Shown: piece after piece, positions 19,153 through 29,683 of the stretch
Numbering within the stretch: the first letter of the stretch is position 1
How the letters are laid out: every line of letters begins with the position of its first letter
Assembly (NCBI GenBank): GCA_963765205.1
Contig: CAVXVB010000009.1
Coordinates: forward strand, 1,280,001 to 1,344,000
DNA length: 64,000 bases
Direction of reading: 5' to 3'
Source: an uncultured Verrucomicrobiae bacterium
GTDB taxonomy: Bacteria > Verrucomicrobiota > Verrucomicrobiia > Opitutales > JABDGR01
Program-made: the position numbers and the translations under genes
Notes under the pieces: generated by a model
The model's database searches: none
What the model saw: only the letters and a program-made list of their open reading frames with translations
What the model was told of the DNA's origin: nothing

Positions 19153-20190
19153 TTACGCCTCCAGCGCAAACTTGATCGCCTCGATGATTTCCCCGGGCGA
19201 GTATTGGTCGAGGTTGCGGCGGCCAAACCCGTGGCGCGACTCATACCAGTGCCGACGCAGGGGCTTTTCCAGCACCCAGGAGTAATCGCCCAGGGGCGTC
19301 CAGCGCCGCGCGGAATTTTCCTGCTCGGGTTCGAGCATGAGGGTGACGGTCCGCGCGCCCATCCCGGCGGCAATGTGCGCCGGGCCGCTGTCGCGCCCGA
19401 AGACGACGGCGGCGTCGCGCAGCAAAAACGCGGTTTCCGCCAAGTCCGTCCTCCCGGCGAAATTATGAATCCTCGGCGCCACCGGCCCCGCATTGGCGAG
19501 GATGGCTGCGGCGGTCGCGTCATCCTTTTCCGCACAAACGAGCACGACTTGGAGCTGGCGCTCGGTGACGAGCCAGTGGGCGATGGGGATGAAATAGTCG
19601 GGCGGGAGGCGCGGCTTGTTGGCGTGCGCGCCGACGTGGAGCGCGGCATAAGCGCCCGCCGCCAAACCGGCGGGCATTTTTTGGGCGAGGCGGTCGAGCG
19701 CGTCGCCATCGGGGGTCAGGTGCGCCTCCAGCTTGGGCGGCGCGGGCACCTCGAGCAATTCGAGCAAATCAAAATTGAAATAGCCTTCGTGTTTGTCGCC
19801 AGTCTTCTTCAAATTCGGGAGCGACTCCGTCAGCCACTTGTCGCTCTTTTCGCGGAAGCCGATGCGGCGGGGAATCTCCGCTGCGGCGGCCGCCCACTCG
19901 ACCTCGGGGTCGGCATGGAGGTGGACAATACACTCTGCCTGCAGGCGGCGCAGTTGGGTGGCGAGCCATTCCATCCGGCGCACCGGATCCGCATGGGCCG
20001 AGGGGGCCAGAAAGCCGGAAAGGGCGGGATGCGAGCGAAACAATGGCTCCATGCGCGATTGCGCGAGCAGATGGATTTCCCACCCAGGCAGCGCCAGCTT
20101 GACCGGCAGGAAGCACGAACTGGTGATGACCACGTCCCCGATGCGGTCAGGTCGAGCTAAAATAATACGCCGTGGGCCGTTAGATTCCAT
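19153..20190 (-). CDS. Glycosyltransferase family 9 (heptosyltransferase-like)
   Basis: RPDRIGDVVIT, AGRTDLAE and DSGPAHIAAGMG motifs. Confidence 0.9.
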   Translation of the reverse strand: MESNGPRRIILARPDRIGDVVITSSCFLPVKLALPGWEIHLLAQSRMEPLFRSHPALSGFLAPSAHADPVRRMEWLATQLRRLQAECIVHLHADPEVEWAAAAAEIPRRIGFREKSDKWLTESLPNLKKTGDKHEGYFNFDLLELLEVPAPPKLEAHLTPDGDALDRLAQKMPAGLAAGAYAALHVGAHANKPRLPPDYFIPIAHWLVTERQLQVVLVCAEKDDATAAAILANAGPVAPRIHNFAGRTDLAETAFLLRDAAVVFGRDSGPAHIAAGMGARTVTLMLEPEQENSARRWTPLGDYSWVLEKPLRRHWYESRHGFGRRNLDQYSPGEIIEAIKFALEA

Positions 20191-20402
20191 ATTCAATCCG
20201 GGGTGTTTACCCTATTAAAGCGCGGATGGCCTGCCGACGCAAGAACGGAGCGGTAAAATATGTATGAATATTGGCCTTTAATTCTTATTCAAAAGCCGTT
20301 TGGCGCCAAAGGTTTTGTACCGACGGACGGGATACTTGGCGCGGAAGATGAGCTGCCGGCAACATCCAGGTCATCCCGGCCACCGCGAATTAACTCGGCA
20401 AT

Positions 20403-21362
20403 TCACTTTGCTGGAAATACCGGTGATTGCCTCAAAAACGCAGCGATTTCATCAAGCGACTGGCGGGCTTCGGGAAGGAAGGGGATGAAGGCCTGCCAGA
20501 TATGCGGCAGGCCGGGCCAGACTTTGAGTTGCACCGGCACGCCGGCAGCCTGGGCCTTCGCGGCGAAGCGCACGCTGTCGTCCCGCACAATTTCATGGTC
20601 GCTGGCGTGAATGATCAGCGGGGGCAGGCCGCGCAAATCCGCATAGAGCGGCGAAGCGATGGGGTGCGTCGGTGGCTGGCCGCCGAGATAGAGTCGCGCA
20701 GCGATGGGGAGGCTTTCGCCGTAAAACCAAACATCCGTCAGCGTGTTGCTGAGAATGGACGCCCCGGTGCCCGCCAAATCCGTCCATGGCGACATCAGTG
20801 CGGCCGCGGCGGGCAACGCCTCGCCGGCGTCGCGCAACGTCAGAAGCATGGACAAGAGCAAGCCCCCGCCGGCGGAATCTCCGGCGGCCACAATTTCTTC
20901 CGCCGCGATGCCTTGGTGGCGCAGCCAGCGATAGGCCGCGAGCGCGTCCTCCAAGCCCGCGGGGAAGGGGTGTTCAGGCGCAAGGCGGTAATCAGGGACG
21001 CACACGCGCGCAGGCAGGTGCCGCGCGAAAAACGTGGTGATGGTGCGGTGCGTGCGCGGTGAACAGAGCAGATAGCCGCCGCCATGCAGGTAGAGCATCG
21101 TCAAGCGCGGGTGGGCGCCGAGCGGCTCGATCCATTCTGCCGGGACCGGCGCGCCCGCCGCTCTTGTGATACGCAGTCCCACGCGGCGATGCGGCAGAAG
21201 AGGGTCGAGGCCGCGGGTGAAAATCCGCAGTCCTTTGACATAAATCCCGGCGCCGGCCAAGCGGTCTATCGCGGTGTGCCGGCGCTTGCAGGAGCGCAGG
21301 ACAAAGGAAAGGGCGCGGGCCTGCCAACTGGCCTGGTGCGGTGGGGCGGAAGCGTGAGCCAT
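20403..21362 (-). CDS. Alpha/beta hydrolase, HSL-family esterase
   Basis: HGGG, DYRLAPEHPFPA and GDSAGG motifs. Confidence 0.92.
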   Translation of the reverse strand: MAHASAPPHQASWQARALSFVLRSCKRRHTAIDRLAGAGIYVKGLRIFTRGLDPLLPHRRVGLRITRAAGAPVPAEWIEPLGAHPRLTMLYLHGGGYLLCSPRTHRTITTFFARHLPARVCVPDYRLAPEHPFPAGLEDALAAYRWLRHQGIAAEEIVAAGDSAGGGLLLSMLLTLRDAGEALPAAAALMSPWTDLAGTGASILSNTLTDVWFYGESLPIAARLYLGGQPPTHPIASPLYADLRGLPPLIIHASDHEIVRDDSVRFAAKAQAAGVPVQLKVWPGLPHIWQAFIPFLPEARQSLDEIAAFLRQSPVFPAK

Positions 21363-21456
21363 TTTTTACCACGGATTATACGCTGGCAAACGGCTGGTGC
21401 AATCCGTGCTATCCATGGTTGGCTTGGACGCCTGGCCTCGCCCCAAAGAAAGATGC

Positions 21457-22665
21457 TTACAACTTCCGTACCGCGTAGGCCATCGCCTCGGCGATTTTGG
21501 CGAGATCCTCCTCCGTATGGCAGGCGGAGATGGCGGTGCGGACGAGGTCCTTGCCGGGGGGCACGGCGGGGGCGATAGACATCACGGTGAAAACACCGCG
21601 CTCCATCAGGTGTTGCCAGAACCGGTAGGCGCGCTCCTTGGTGCCGAGTACGATGGGGACGGCGGGGGTTTCGCTGCCCCAGGTGTCGAGTTTAAGCTCG
21701 TGGAGGATTTGCTTGTAGCGGCGGGTGTTGTGCCAGAGGCGGAGCAGGTGCTCCGGTTCGTCGCGCAAGAGTTCGAGCGCAGTTTCAGCGGCGTAGGCTT
21801 GGGCGGGCGCAAGGGCGGCGCTAAAGATGGTCTGCTTGGAATGGGAGCGCAGGTATTCGATGACCTCGCGGGAACCGGCCACAAAGCCGCCCGTGCTGGC
21901 GAGGGCTTTGGAAAAACTGCCGGCCATGAGGTCCACCGCATCCGTCACGCCGAAATGATTGGCGGTGCCGCGGCCTTCCTGGCCGAGGACGCCAAAGCCA
22001 TGGGCGTCATCCATGACGAGGAAGCAATTTTGGTCCTGGCTGGCGGCGATGATTTCGGGGATGGGCGCAATGTGGCCCTCCATCGAGTAAACGCCCTCAA
22101 AGGCGATGATCTTGGGCGTTTCGGGGGCTTCGTAGGAAAGTAATTCGCGGAGGCTGGCGGGGTTGTTGTGGGCGAAGCGCTCGGCGCGCGCCTGCGTCAG
22201 CCCGATGCCCGCCCAAATCGAGGAATGGAGGTTTTTGTCGCCGAGGACGACGTCGCCCTTTTGGGCAAAGGCCTGGATGGCGGACATGCAGGAGATGTAG
22301 CCGGCGACGGAAATATGGCAGGCCTCCTTGCCGAGGAAGGCGGCGAGCTTTTCCTCGATGCGCTGGTGGTAGGAGCGACTGCCATTGGACAGGCGGGCGC
22401 CGGTGCTGCTGGTGCCCCATTCGGCGAGGGCGCGCTGGGCGGCGGCGATGACTTTGGGATGGTGCGTGAGGCCGAGGTAATCGTTGCTGCTGAGCATGAT
22501 CATCTCCCGCCCGTCGAGCCACACATGGGTGCCCACCTGGCGGTCAAACGTGTGATAATACGGCTTGTAGCGCAGGCGCAGGCGCGTGGCCTCGTCCTCG
22601 CGGCAGCGGTTGGCAATGGCGTTGCCGGTGTAGGCGGTAAACAAGGAGATCATGGAACATGGCAT
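21457..22665 (-). CDS. PLP-dependent alpha-oxoamine synthase (AONS/KBL/serine palmitoyltransferase family)
   Basis: SNDYLGL, EGVYSMEG, DDAHGFGVLG and GSFSKALAS motifs. Confidence 0.9.
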   Translation of the reverse strand: MPCSMISLFTAYTGNAIANRCREDEATRLRLRYKPYYHTFDRQVGTHVWLDGREMIMLSSNDYLGLTHHPKVIAAAQRALAEWGTSSTGARLSNGSRSYHQRIEEKLAAFLGKEACHISVAGYISCMSAIQAFAQKGDVVLGDKNLHSSIWAGIGLTQARAERFAHNNPASLRELLSYEAPETPKIIAFEGVYSMEGHIAPIPEIIAASQDQNCFLVMDDAHGFGVLGQEGRGTANHFGVTDAVDLMAGSFSKALASTGGFVAGSREVIEYLRSHSKQTIFSAALAPAQAYAAETALELLRDEPEHLLRLWHNTRRYKQILHELKLDTWGSETPAVPIVLGTKERAYRFWQHLMERGVFTVMSIAPAVPPGKDLVRTAISACHTEEDLAKIAEAMAYAVRKL

Positions 22666-22775
22666 CCCCAGTCGGGTGAAAGAGGAAGCGATTTAACCAA
22701 GCGCATATAAACGATTTCCCGATTTGCGTGAAGCTAATTTTTTGGCGGGGAAGTGACGGTGGTTTGCGCCATTAT

Positions 22776-22791
22776 AGCAAGGCGCGTTCCA
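22776..22791 (-). promoter_or_regulatory. Sigma-54-like -24/-12 promoter
   Basis: Minus strand TGGAACGCGCCTTGCT (GG-N10-GC). Confidence 0.55.
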
Positions 22792-22847
22792 AAATTCCAA
22801 TTTCGGTCTGGGTAAACGCGGTCGGTGACAATGAACCCACCGGAATT

Positions 22848-22909
22848 AGATGACATGGGGCGGTCAACGTGAGGTACGAAACCTGCACATTGACCGCCCC
22901 ATGTCATCT
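22848..22909. repeat. Perfect 20-bp inverted repeat in a divergent intergenic region
   Basis: AGATGACATGGGGCGGTCAA ... TTGACCGCCCCATGTCATCT. Confidence 0.85.
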
Positions 22910-23065
22910 TTTGGCCGCTTTTTGCCCCTTCTCTCGAATGGCGCACTGTTTGCGCGCAATAATTCTTCTTGAGCTTAACCGGCAAATTGCCTCCAATGAT
23001 TTCGTCCGACAGACCAGCCTAAAAAAATTGGCTGGCACAACCATTGTCGGACAAAACCAAAGACC

Positions 23066-23332
23066 ATGAAAACAATAGCACTAAAAAACGGAATGGTGAT
23101 CTTCGTTGAGCAGATTGCCTTCATTCACATCCAACCCTCTGCCGCCAAAGAAGGGATTGCGACACTAGAAATCCATGTTCACTTCTCCGCAGCGTTGAAC
23201 GGACCAAAGGGCAGCCGATCCATGCGGGCAGTCATCGGCGCAGATTACACCCAGGATTTCATTGACCAACTTGAAAAATATGGCGTGGATTGCAGCCATA
23301 TGCGTCGCTGTCTGTCAGGCTCGAAAAAATAA
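23066..23332 (+). CDS. Small hypothetical protein
   Basis: 88 aa ATG ORF with protein-like composition in otherwise non-coding space. Confidence 0.6.
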   Translation: MKTIALKNGMVIFVEQIAFIHIQPSAAKEGIATLEIHVHFSAALNGPKGSRSMRAVIGADYTQDFIDQLEKYGVDCSHMRRCLSGSKK

Positions 23333-23624
23333 TTTCACTACAAAATGCCGTTTTACTACTGAACCGAAAGAGGGGCTAGCAGAGGTCAGGTTTCAAGTTA
23401 TGTATTTGATTGGACGGGCTTCGCCACTCCCTTTCGCAGCCCGGCACCCCCAAAAAGCTCAACTGAGATCAGTTTGCCGGCCGCAAGGTTGAGAATGGCC
23501 AAACTTCTTGGAACTTTCAGTCCCTTACCCCGGTTTAACCGTTTGATTAACCGCCGAGGCGACCCGGCGGGGTGCCGTGGTTAGCCGCTTGCCAGCGAAC
23601 CATTTCCCACTATCGTCCTGACTT

Positions 23625-26369
23625 ATGGATCACCTGCGCACGGGCCACCCCACCCTGCCCACGCCGCGATTACGCCGGCTGGCGGTGGCTATTCTAAGCC
23701 TCGCCCTGCTCGCAGCGCCGGCCTTGCGCGCGGACCCCGCGGATGACGCCGAAAAGAAATTGCTCGCGGGGGATTACGCCGGAGCCGCTGCCGACGCCCA
23801 AAAGGCCATCAAGTCCTCCTACGCTTCCGAGGCCCTGGCGCGGGTCGAGGTCGAGGCGCTTCTCACCGAAGGCCACTACAACGAAGCCTACTCGGCGGCG
23901 AAAGCAGGCATCGAATACGCGCCGCAGAGCATCCGCCTGCACCTGCTCCTGCACGAGGCCTGCCTCTATACAGACAAGCCCAACGAGGCCGCGCAGGCGC
24001 TGACGGCGATTGACGACATCCTCAACACCCTCGCCAACCAGCAGCAATACTCGCCCACCCCGTTGCCCGCGCAAATCCTCGCCGACGCGGGCGCGGCGGC
24101 CCTGGTGCAGATGAATGACCCGCAGCAAAAGCTCGACCCGAAAGTCATTCTCGAACGCTTCCTCGACCCCGCGCAACAGGCCACCCCGCCCGTGCGCGAC
24201 GCCTTTCTGGCCGCGGGCCAACTCGAATTGGACAAGCATGATTATGACCTGGCCTCGCAAAGTTTTGGGAACGGCTTGAAGGCCTTCCCCAACGATCCGG
24301 ACATGCTCGCGGGCCTGGCCGCTGCTTTCCGGGACAGCGACCGCGAGCAGTTCGCCGACAACGCCACGAAGGCGCTCGCGGCTAACCCGAATCATGTCCC
24401 CACCCTGTTGCTGGAGGCGGAAAACCTGATTGACGCCGAGTCCTTCGACCAGGCGGGCGACACGCTCGACCACATCCTCTCCATCAACCCCAACCAGTCC
24501 GAGGCGCTCGCGCTCAAGGCCGTCATCGCTTACCTGCATAACCCGCCCGACCAGGCCACCACCAACGCCGAAGCCTACCGCGACAAGGCGCTGGCCCTGT
24601 GGAAAACCAACCCGCAGGTGGATTACATCATCGGCCAGAAACTCTCGCAAAATTACCGTTTCACCCTCGGCGCCGAACACGAAAAGCTCGCGCTCGCCAA
24701 CGACCCGCAGTTCACGCCCGCCCGCGTGCAACTCGCGCAGGACTTGCTGCGGCTGGGCCGGGAGGACGAAGGCTGGACCATGGCCGCGCAGGCGCACCAG
24801 GACGACGGCTACGATATCGAGGCCTTCAACCTCGTCACCCTGCACGACGAAATCGCCCAATATACGACCATCACCACCAACCCCCATTTCCGGCTCGTGA
24901 TGGAGCCGCAGGAGGCGAGCGTGTATGGCGCCAAGGTGCTCGACCTGCTCGAACGCGCGCGCGCGACCGTGGCCAAAAAATACGGCCTCGACCTGAACTT
25001 CCCCGTGCTCGTCGAAATTTTTCCCAACACGGCCGATTTTTCCGTGCGCACCTTCGGGATGCCCGACATTGGCGAATTCCTCGGCGTCACCTTCGGCCCC
25101 GTCGTCACCCTCAACGCCCCGAATGCCGGCCAGGGCAATTGGGAGGATGTGCTCTGGCATGAATTCACCCACGTCGTCTCCCTCACGATCACCAAAAATC
25201 AAATGCCGCGCTGGCTCAGCGAGGGCATTTCGGTTTACGAGGAAGGCCAGGCCAGCCCGGCTTGGGGCGAGCACCTGACGCCGGACGCGCGCGAGCGTAT
25301 CCTCGCCGGCAAGATGCAGCCCATCAGCAACATGAGCGCCGCGTTCCTCCAGGCCAAGGACATGCATGACACCGAGTTCGCCTATTTCGAGTCCATGCTG
25401 GTCGTGCAATTTCTCATCGAGCACTACGGCTTCGACCACCTTGTCGCACTGCTGCACTCCATCGGCGACGGGATACTCATCAACGACGCTTTCGAGAAAA
25501 ATTTCGCCCCGCTCAATCAACTTGACGTCCAATTCGCCCAATACGCCACCGACCTGGCGAAAAAATACGCCCCGGATTGGGACTTCACGCCGCCCAATGC
25601 GGACGCAGGAGCCTTGGCCGGGCTGGCAAACCTCCTGCCGCCTGACATTGCGAACAAGCTCACCGCTCCGACCGCAACCACGCCAGCCGCGCCCAAATCT
25701 GCGGCATCCAACTCGAAGAATTTCTTCACGCGCCTGCAACAAGTCCAAGACTTGGTGGACCAGGAGGAGTGGGCGAAGGCACGCGACCAGCTCAAGGAAC
25801 TGAGCGCCTCCGATTTCTATTTGCCCGGGCCGGACAATCCCTACCTCTTGCTGGCCCAGGTCTGCGGCAAACTCAATGACACCGCCGGCGAGAAGGCGGC
25901 ACTGCTCACGGTCGCCGCGCATGAAGGCGATTCGATGCCCGCCGCCAGCCGCCTGCTCGAAATCGCCCAGAGCGAGAAAGACTGGCCCAATGTCGTCAAG
26001 TGGGGCGAAGCCACCCTCGCCATCCATCCCCTGGCGCCCACCGCCTGGCGCGCGCTCCTCGACGCGCATGAGCAACGCGGCGAAAATGCCGCCGGCATTG
26101 AAGCCGGCCTGGCCTTGATCGCCCTCGAACAGCCCGACCTGGCCTCGTTGAATTTCCGCGTCGCCAAAATGATGCAGCCGACGGACGTTGACAACGCGCG
26201 CCGCCATGTGTTGCAGGTGCTGGAAGACGCCCCGCGCTTCCGCGCCGCTTATGATTTGCTTGCCGCGCTGCCACCCACGCCGTCCGCCGTGCCCGCGCCC
26301 AGCCCCGCGCCCACACCAGCGCCTGCGGCAACTTCCACCACCCCTCCTTCCACCCCCGCCGCGCCATGA
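23625..26369 (+). CDS. Exported TPR protein with a peptidase MA (gluzincin) domain
   Basis: Signal peptide, TPR-like helices, HEFTH...PRWLSEG. Confidence 0.82.
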   Translation: MDHLRTGHPTLPTPRLRRLAVAILSLALLAAPALRADPADDAEKKLLAGDYAGAAADAQKAIKSSYASEALARVEVEALLTEGHYNEAYSAAKAGIEYAPQSIRLHLLLHEACLYTDKPNEAAQALTAIDDILNTLANQQQYSPTPLPAQILADAGAAALVQMNDPQQKLDPKVILERFLDPAQQATPPVRDAFLAAGQLELDKHDYDLASQSFGNGLKAFPNDPDMLAGLAAAFRDSDREQFADNATKALAANPNHVPTLLLEAENLIDAESFDQAGDTLDHILSINPNQSEALALKAVIAYLHNPPDQATTNAEAYRDKALALWKTNPQVDYIIGQKLSQNYRFTLGAEHEKLALANDPQFTPARVQLAQDLLRLGREDEGWTMAAQAHQDDGYDIEAFNLVTLHDEIAQYTTITTNPHFRLVMEPQEASVYGAKVLDLLERARATVAKKYGLDLNFPVLVEIFPNTADFSVRTFGMPDIGEFLGVTFGPVVTLNAPNAGQGNWEDVLWHEFTHVVSLTITKNQMPRWLSEGISVYEEGQASPAWGEHLTPDARERILAGKMQPISNMSAAFLQAKDMHDTEFAYFESMLVVQFLIEHYGFDHLVALLHSIGDGILINDAFEKNFAPLNQLDVQFAQYATDLAKKYAPDWDFTPPNADAGALAGLANLLPPDIANKLTAPTATTPAAPKSAASNSKNFFTRLQQVQDLVDQEEWAKARDQLKELSASDFYLPGPDNPYLLLAQVCGKLNDTAGEKAALLTVAAHEGDSMPAASRLLEIAQSEKDWPNVVKWGEATLAIHPLAPTAWRALLDAHEQRGENAAGIEAGLALIALEQPDLASLNFRVAKMMQPTDVDNARRHVLQVLEDAPRFRAAYDLLAALPPTPSAVPAPSPAPTPAPAATSTTPPSTPAAP

Positions 26370-27376
26370 AAACCCACCTGCGCCACTTTTTTGCCGGCTT
26401 GCTTGCGCTGCTGTTGCTGCCGCTGGGGGCCCATGCGCAACCACCGCCCCCTCCGATCAACCCGGGTGGGAATTTTGGCGGGAATTTTGGCGGGCGCCGC
26501 GGCGGCGGCGCGGGTGGCCTTGGCGGCGGCTTTGGTGGCCGCCGGGGTGGAGGTGGCGGAGGACTGGGCGGAGGAGGATTCGGCGGTGCCGGGGGCAACC
26601 GCGCCTACACCATCCGCGACCCGGCCGATCTCCAACTCATCGAAGACATGGAAAAGGCGCTCGACCCCGCCTTCGTTAATGACGTGTTCACTTTCTCGCG
26701 CCTCAAGTATAATTACGAAAACATGGGTCGCGGGCGTTATTGGGACGACGATTCGCCGGACGCGGACCTAAACCTCGAGTTCCGCCTCTTCCAAGCCACC
26801 AGCCTCAAGATGCATCCGGGCTACAATTACATTGATATTGACCCGAAGCAGTTGGCGAAAAATCCCTTTGTGTATATGACGCTGACGCGCGGCATGGCGC
26901 TGTCGGACGACGATGTCAAAGTCCTGCACGACTACCTGATGAACGGCGGCTTCCTGATGGCGGAGGATTTTTGGGGCGACTCGATGTGGCAATTCGTCCA
27001 GCAGCAGTTCAAACGGATTTTCCCCGACCAGGATCTGGCCGACCAGGAACTGCCCCTGGCCCACCCGATTTTCCATGTGGTCTTCGATTTCAAATACCTG
27101 CCACAAATGCCCAGCGCCGGCTTCGGTTACCAGGGTCTGCCCTATGACAACGCGGACTATTACCCCAGCGCCGCCTTCCCCGAGGGCGACCACTACCCCC
27201 ACTACTACGCGCTGTATGACGACCACGACCGCATCGTGGCGCTCATCTGCCGCAACAACCACTACGGCGACGGCTGGGAGCACGAGGGCGACAACCACGA
27301 ATACTTTGACCGTTTCTCCATGCCCCAGGCCTACCCGATGTTTATAAACATTTTGTATTATGCGATAACGAACTGA
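26366..27376 (+). CDS. DUF4159-domain exported protein with a Gly/Arg-rich N-terminal insert
   Basis: FTFSRLKY, PDADLNL, YLMNGGFLMAEDFWG, HPIFH, GDGWE and NILYYA motifs. Confidence 0.82.
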   Translation: MKTHLRHFFAGLLALLLLPLGAHAQPPPPPINPGGNFGGNFGGRRGGGAGGLGGGFGGRRGGGGGGLGGGGFGGAGGNRAYTIRDPADLQLIEDMEKALDPAFVNDVFTFSRLKYNYENMGRGRYWDDDSPDADLNLEFRLFQATSLKMHPGYNYIDIDPKQLAKNPFVYMTLTRGMALSDDDVKVLHDYLMNGGFLMAEDFWGDSMWQFVQQQFKRIFPDQDLADQELPLAHPIFHVVFDFKYLPQMPSAGFGYQGLPYDNADYYPSAAFPEGDHYPHYYALYDDHDRIVALICRNNHYGDGWEHEGDNHEYFDRFSMPQAYPMFINILYYAITN

Positions 27377-27442
27377 TTCCGTCCGGCCAAACCCAACCCA
27401 CTCAACCTCCCGCCCAACCCCTACCCCCTCAACCCAACCACC

Positions 27443-28444
27443 GTGGATACCTCCAATATCTCCTCCGAACAAGCCGCGTTTGAAAGCCTGCAAAAGGGCC
27501 GCGCACGCCTCGAAACCGAACTCGGCAAGGTCGTCATCGGCCAGCGCGATGTGATCGAGCAACTGCTCCTGGCGATGATCGCCGGCGGCCACTGCCTCAT
27601 CACCGGCGCGCCCGGCCTGGCCAAGACGCTCCTCGTCAAGACCATCGCCGGCGCCTTCCAACTCCAATTCCAGCGCATCCAGTTCACGCCCGACCTGATG
27701 CCCGCCGACATCACCGGCACGGAGATTTTGACCGAGACCGACCAGGGCCGCAAACTCACCTTCGTCCCCGGCCCGATTTTCGGCAATATAATTCTGGCCG
27801 ACGAAATCAACCGCACCCCGCCCAAGACCCAGGCCGCCCTCCTTGAGGCGATGCAGGAACACCAGGTGACCGCCGCCGGCGTGCGCCACGCCTTGAGCGA
27901 GCCGTTCTTCGTCCTCGCCACGCAAAATCCGGTCGAGATGGAGGGCACCTACCCGTTGCCCGAAGCGCAGCTCGACCGCTTCCTTTTTAATGTGCTGATT
28001 GATTACCTGCCCGAGAAGGACGAAGTCGCCGTCGTGCAGCAGACGACCTCGCGCGCGGCGCAGGCCGTGCAGGGCGTGTTCAGCGGCGCGGACGTGCTGC
28101 GGTTCCAGGAACTCGTCCGCCGCGTGCCCGTGGCGGAGGACGTGATTCGCTACGCCGTGAAACTCACCGCCAGTTCGCGCCCGAAAGCCGCCGGCGCGCC
28201 GGACTTTGTGAAGAACTGGATCAACTGGGGCGCGGGTACCCGCGCGGCGCAGGCCCTCGTCATCGGCGCGAAGGCCCGCGTGCTCTGGCGCGGCGCCACC
28301 CACGTCACCGGCGACGACATCCGCGCGCTGGCCGCCCCCGTCTTCCGCCACCGCCTCCTCCTGAACTACCGCGCCGAAGCCGACGGCGTCTCCGTCGAGC
28401 AGGTCATCCAGAAACTCGTGGAGGCATTACCGAAAAGTGTGTGA
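27443..28444 (+). CDS. moxR: MoxR-family AAA+ ATPase
   Basis: GAPGLAKT, RIQFTPDLMPADITG, LADEINRTPPKTQAALLEAMQE and EAQLDRF motifs. Confidence 0.95.
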   Translation: MDTSNISSEQAAFESLQKGRARLETELGKVVIGQRDVIEQLLLAMIAGGHCLITGAPGLAKTLLVKTIAGAFQLQFQRIQFTPDLMPADITGTEILTETDQGRKLTFVPGPIFGNIILADEINRTPPKTQAALLEAMQEHQVTAAGVRHALSEPFFVLATQNPVEMEGTYPLPEAQLDRFLFNVLIDYLPEKDEVAVVQQTTSRAAQAVQGVFSGADVLRFQELVRRVPVAEDVIRYAVKLTASSRPKAAGAPDFVKNWINWGAGTRAAQALVIGAKARVLWRGATHVTGDDIRALAAPVFRHRLLLNYRAEADGVSVEQVIQKLVEALPKSV

Positions 28445-28450
28445 TTTAAC

Positions 28451-28746
28451 ATGAATTCACAGATTCAAATGAGTCCTTCATTTCGACTCGTACCGAGTAT
28501 GTCGTACTTGTTTTTGGACTATCTTTGATTTCTTTCCTGGTGAGTCTGCTGCCTGTCGTTTTTCCAAGACAGTTTTCAATTTACCATATGGATCAGCAAG
28601 TCTTTGGGTTTTCAGAATCTGATATAAAAAATTCTGAGCCATCTATTGCGTTATTTTTCTTCTTTCTTGTGACAATAAGCGGACTAGCGCTCTTGATTGT
28701 CTCTCTTATTCGAAAGCGATCTCTCAAAACCGCTACTAAAAGATAA
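28451..28746 (+). other. AT-rich insert encoding a small two-TM peptide (possibly frameshifted)
   Basis: Sharp GC drop between moxR and DUF58, with a hydrophobic ORF at 28525-28746. Confidence 0.5.
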
Positions 28747-28750
28747 ATTT

Positions 28751-29683
28751 ATGGTCGCCGACTATCAGTTGCCCGCGCAGGGCCTCGACCCCATGGCCCT
28801 GTTTGCCATTCAGGACCTGGAGTTGCGCGCGCGCGTGGTGGTCGAGGGGCTGTGGTCGGGCCTGCACCGCAGCCCGTATGCCGGATTTTCCGTTGAGTTC
28901 ACGGAATACCGCCAATACAGCCCGGGCGACGACTTGCGCTACCTAGACTGGAAATTGCTCGCGCGCAGCGACCGCTCCTACATCAAAAAATTCGAGGACG
29001 AAACGAACCTGCGCTGCCTCATCCTGGTGGACACCAGCCGCTCGATGCTCTTCGGCTCGCGGGGCTGGAGCAAGGCGGCCTATGCCCGCACGCTCGCGGC
29101 GACCTTTGCCTATTTCCTCGGCCAGCAGCGCAACGTCGTCGGCCTCGCGCTCTTTGACCGCAAAGTGCATGAGTATCTGCCGCCGCGCTGGAAACCCGGC
29201 CACATCCGCCACATGATGGCATTGCTCGAACGCGAGCCGGAGGGCCGCGAATCGCGCCTGAGCGACGCGCTCGACGAAGTGGCGATGCTCTGCCGCAGGC
29301 GCAGCCTCGTGCTGATCCTGTCGGATTTCCTCGCGCCAGTCAGCGAATGGGAGCCGGCGCTCGCGCGGCTCTCGGTCGCGCGGCATGACGTGCGCGCGCT
29401 CCAAGTGCTCGACCCGGCGGAAGTGGACCTCGATTTCGGCCAGACTGCGGTGTGGGAGGACATGGAGACCAGCCGCCGCGTTTACGTGGACCCCGAGCAG
29501 GCGCGCACCGGCTACCGCCAGCGGTTTGGCGCGCACCAAGCCGAGTTGAAGGCCGCGCTCGAAAAACGTGGCATCATCCACCAAATCGCCGTCACCAACC
29601 AGCCACTCGATTTCGTGCTGCTCGAATTGCTCCAAGCCAGCCACACGCGCCGCGCCGACGCGCGCCGGAGGACCCAGCTATGA
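28751..29683 (+). CDS. DUF58 (VWA-like) MoxR partner
   Basis: GLHRSPYAGFSVEFTEYRQYSPGDDLRYLDWK, DTSRSM and LSDF motifs. Confidence 0.93.
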   Translation: MVADYQLPAQGLDPMALFAIQDLELRARVVVEGLWSGLHRSPYAGFSVEFTEYRQYSPGDDLRYLDWKLLARSDRSYIKKFEDETNLRCLILVDTSRSMLFGSRGWSKAAYARTLAATFAYFLGQQRNVVGLALFDRKVHEYLPPRWKPGHIRHMMALLEREPEGRESRLSDALDEVAMLCRRRSLVLILSDFLAPVSEWEPALARLSVARHDVRALQVLDPAEVDLDFGQTAVWEDMETSRRVYVDPEQARTGYRQRFGAHQAELKAALEKRGIIHQIAVTNQPLDFVLLELLQASHTRRADARRRTQL

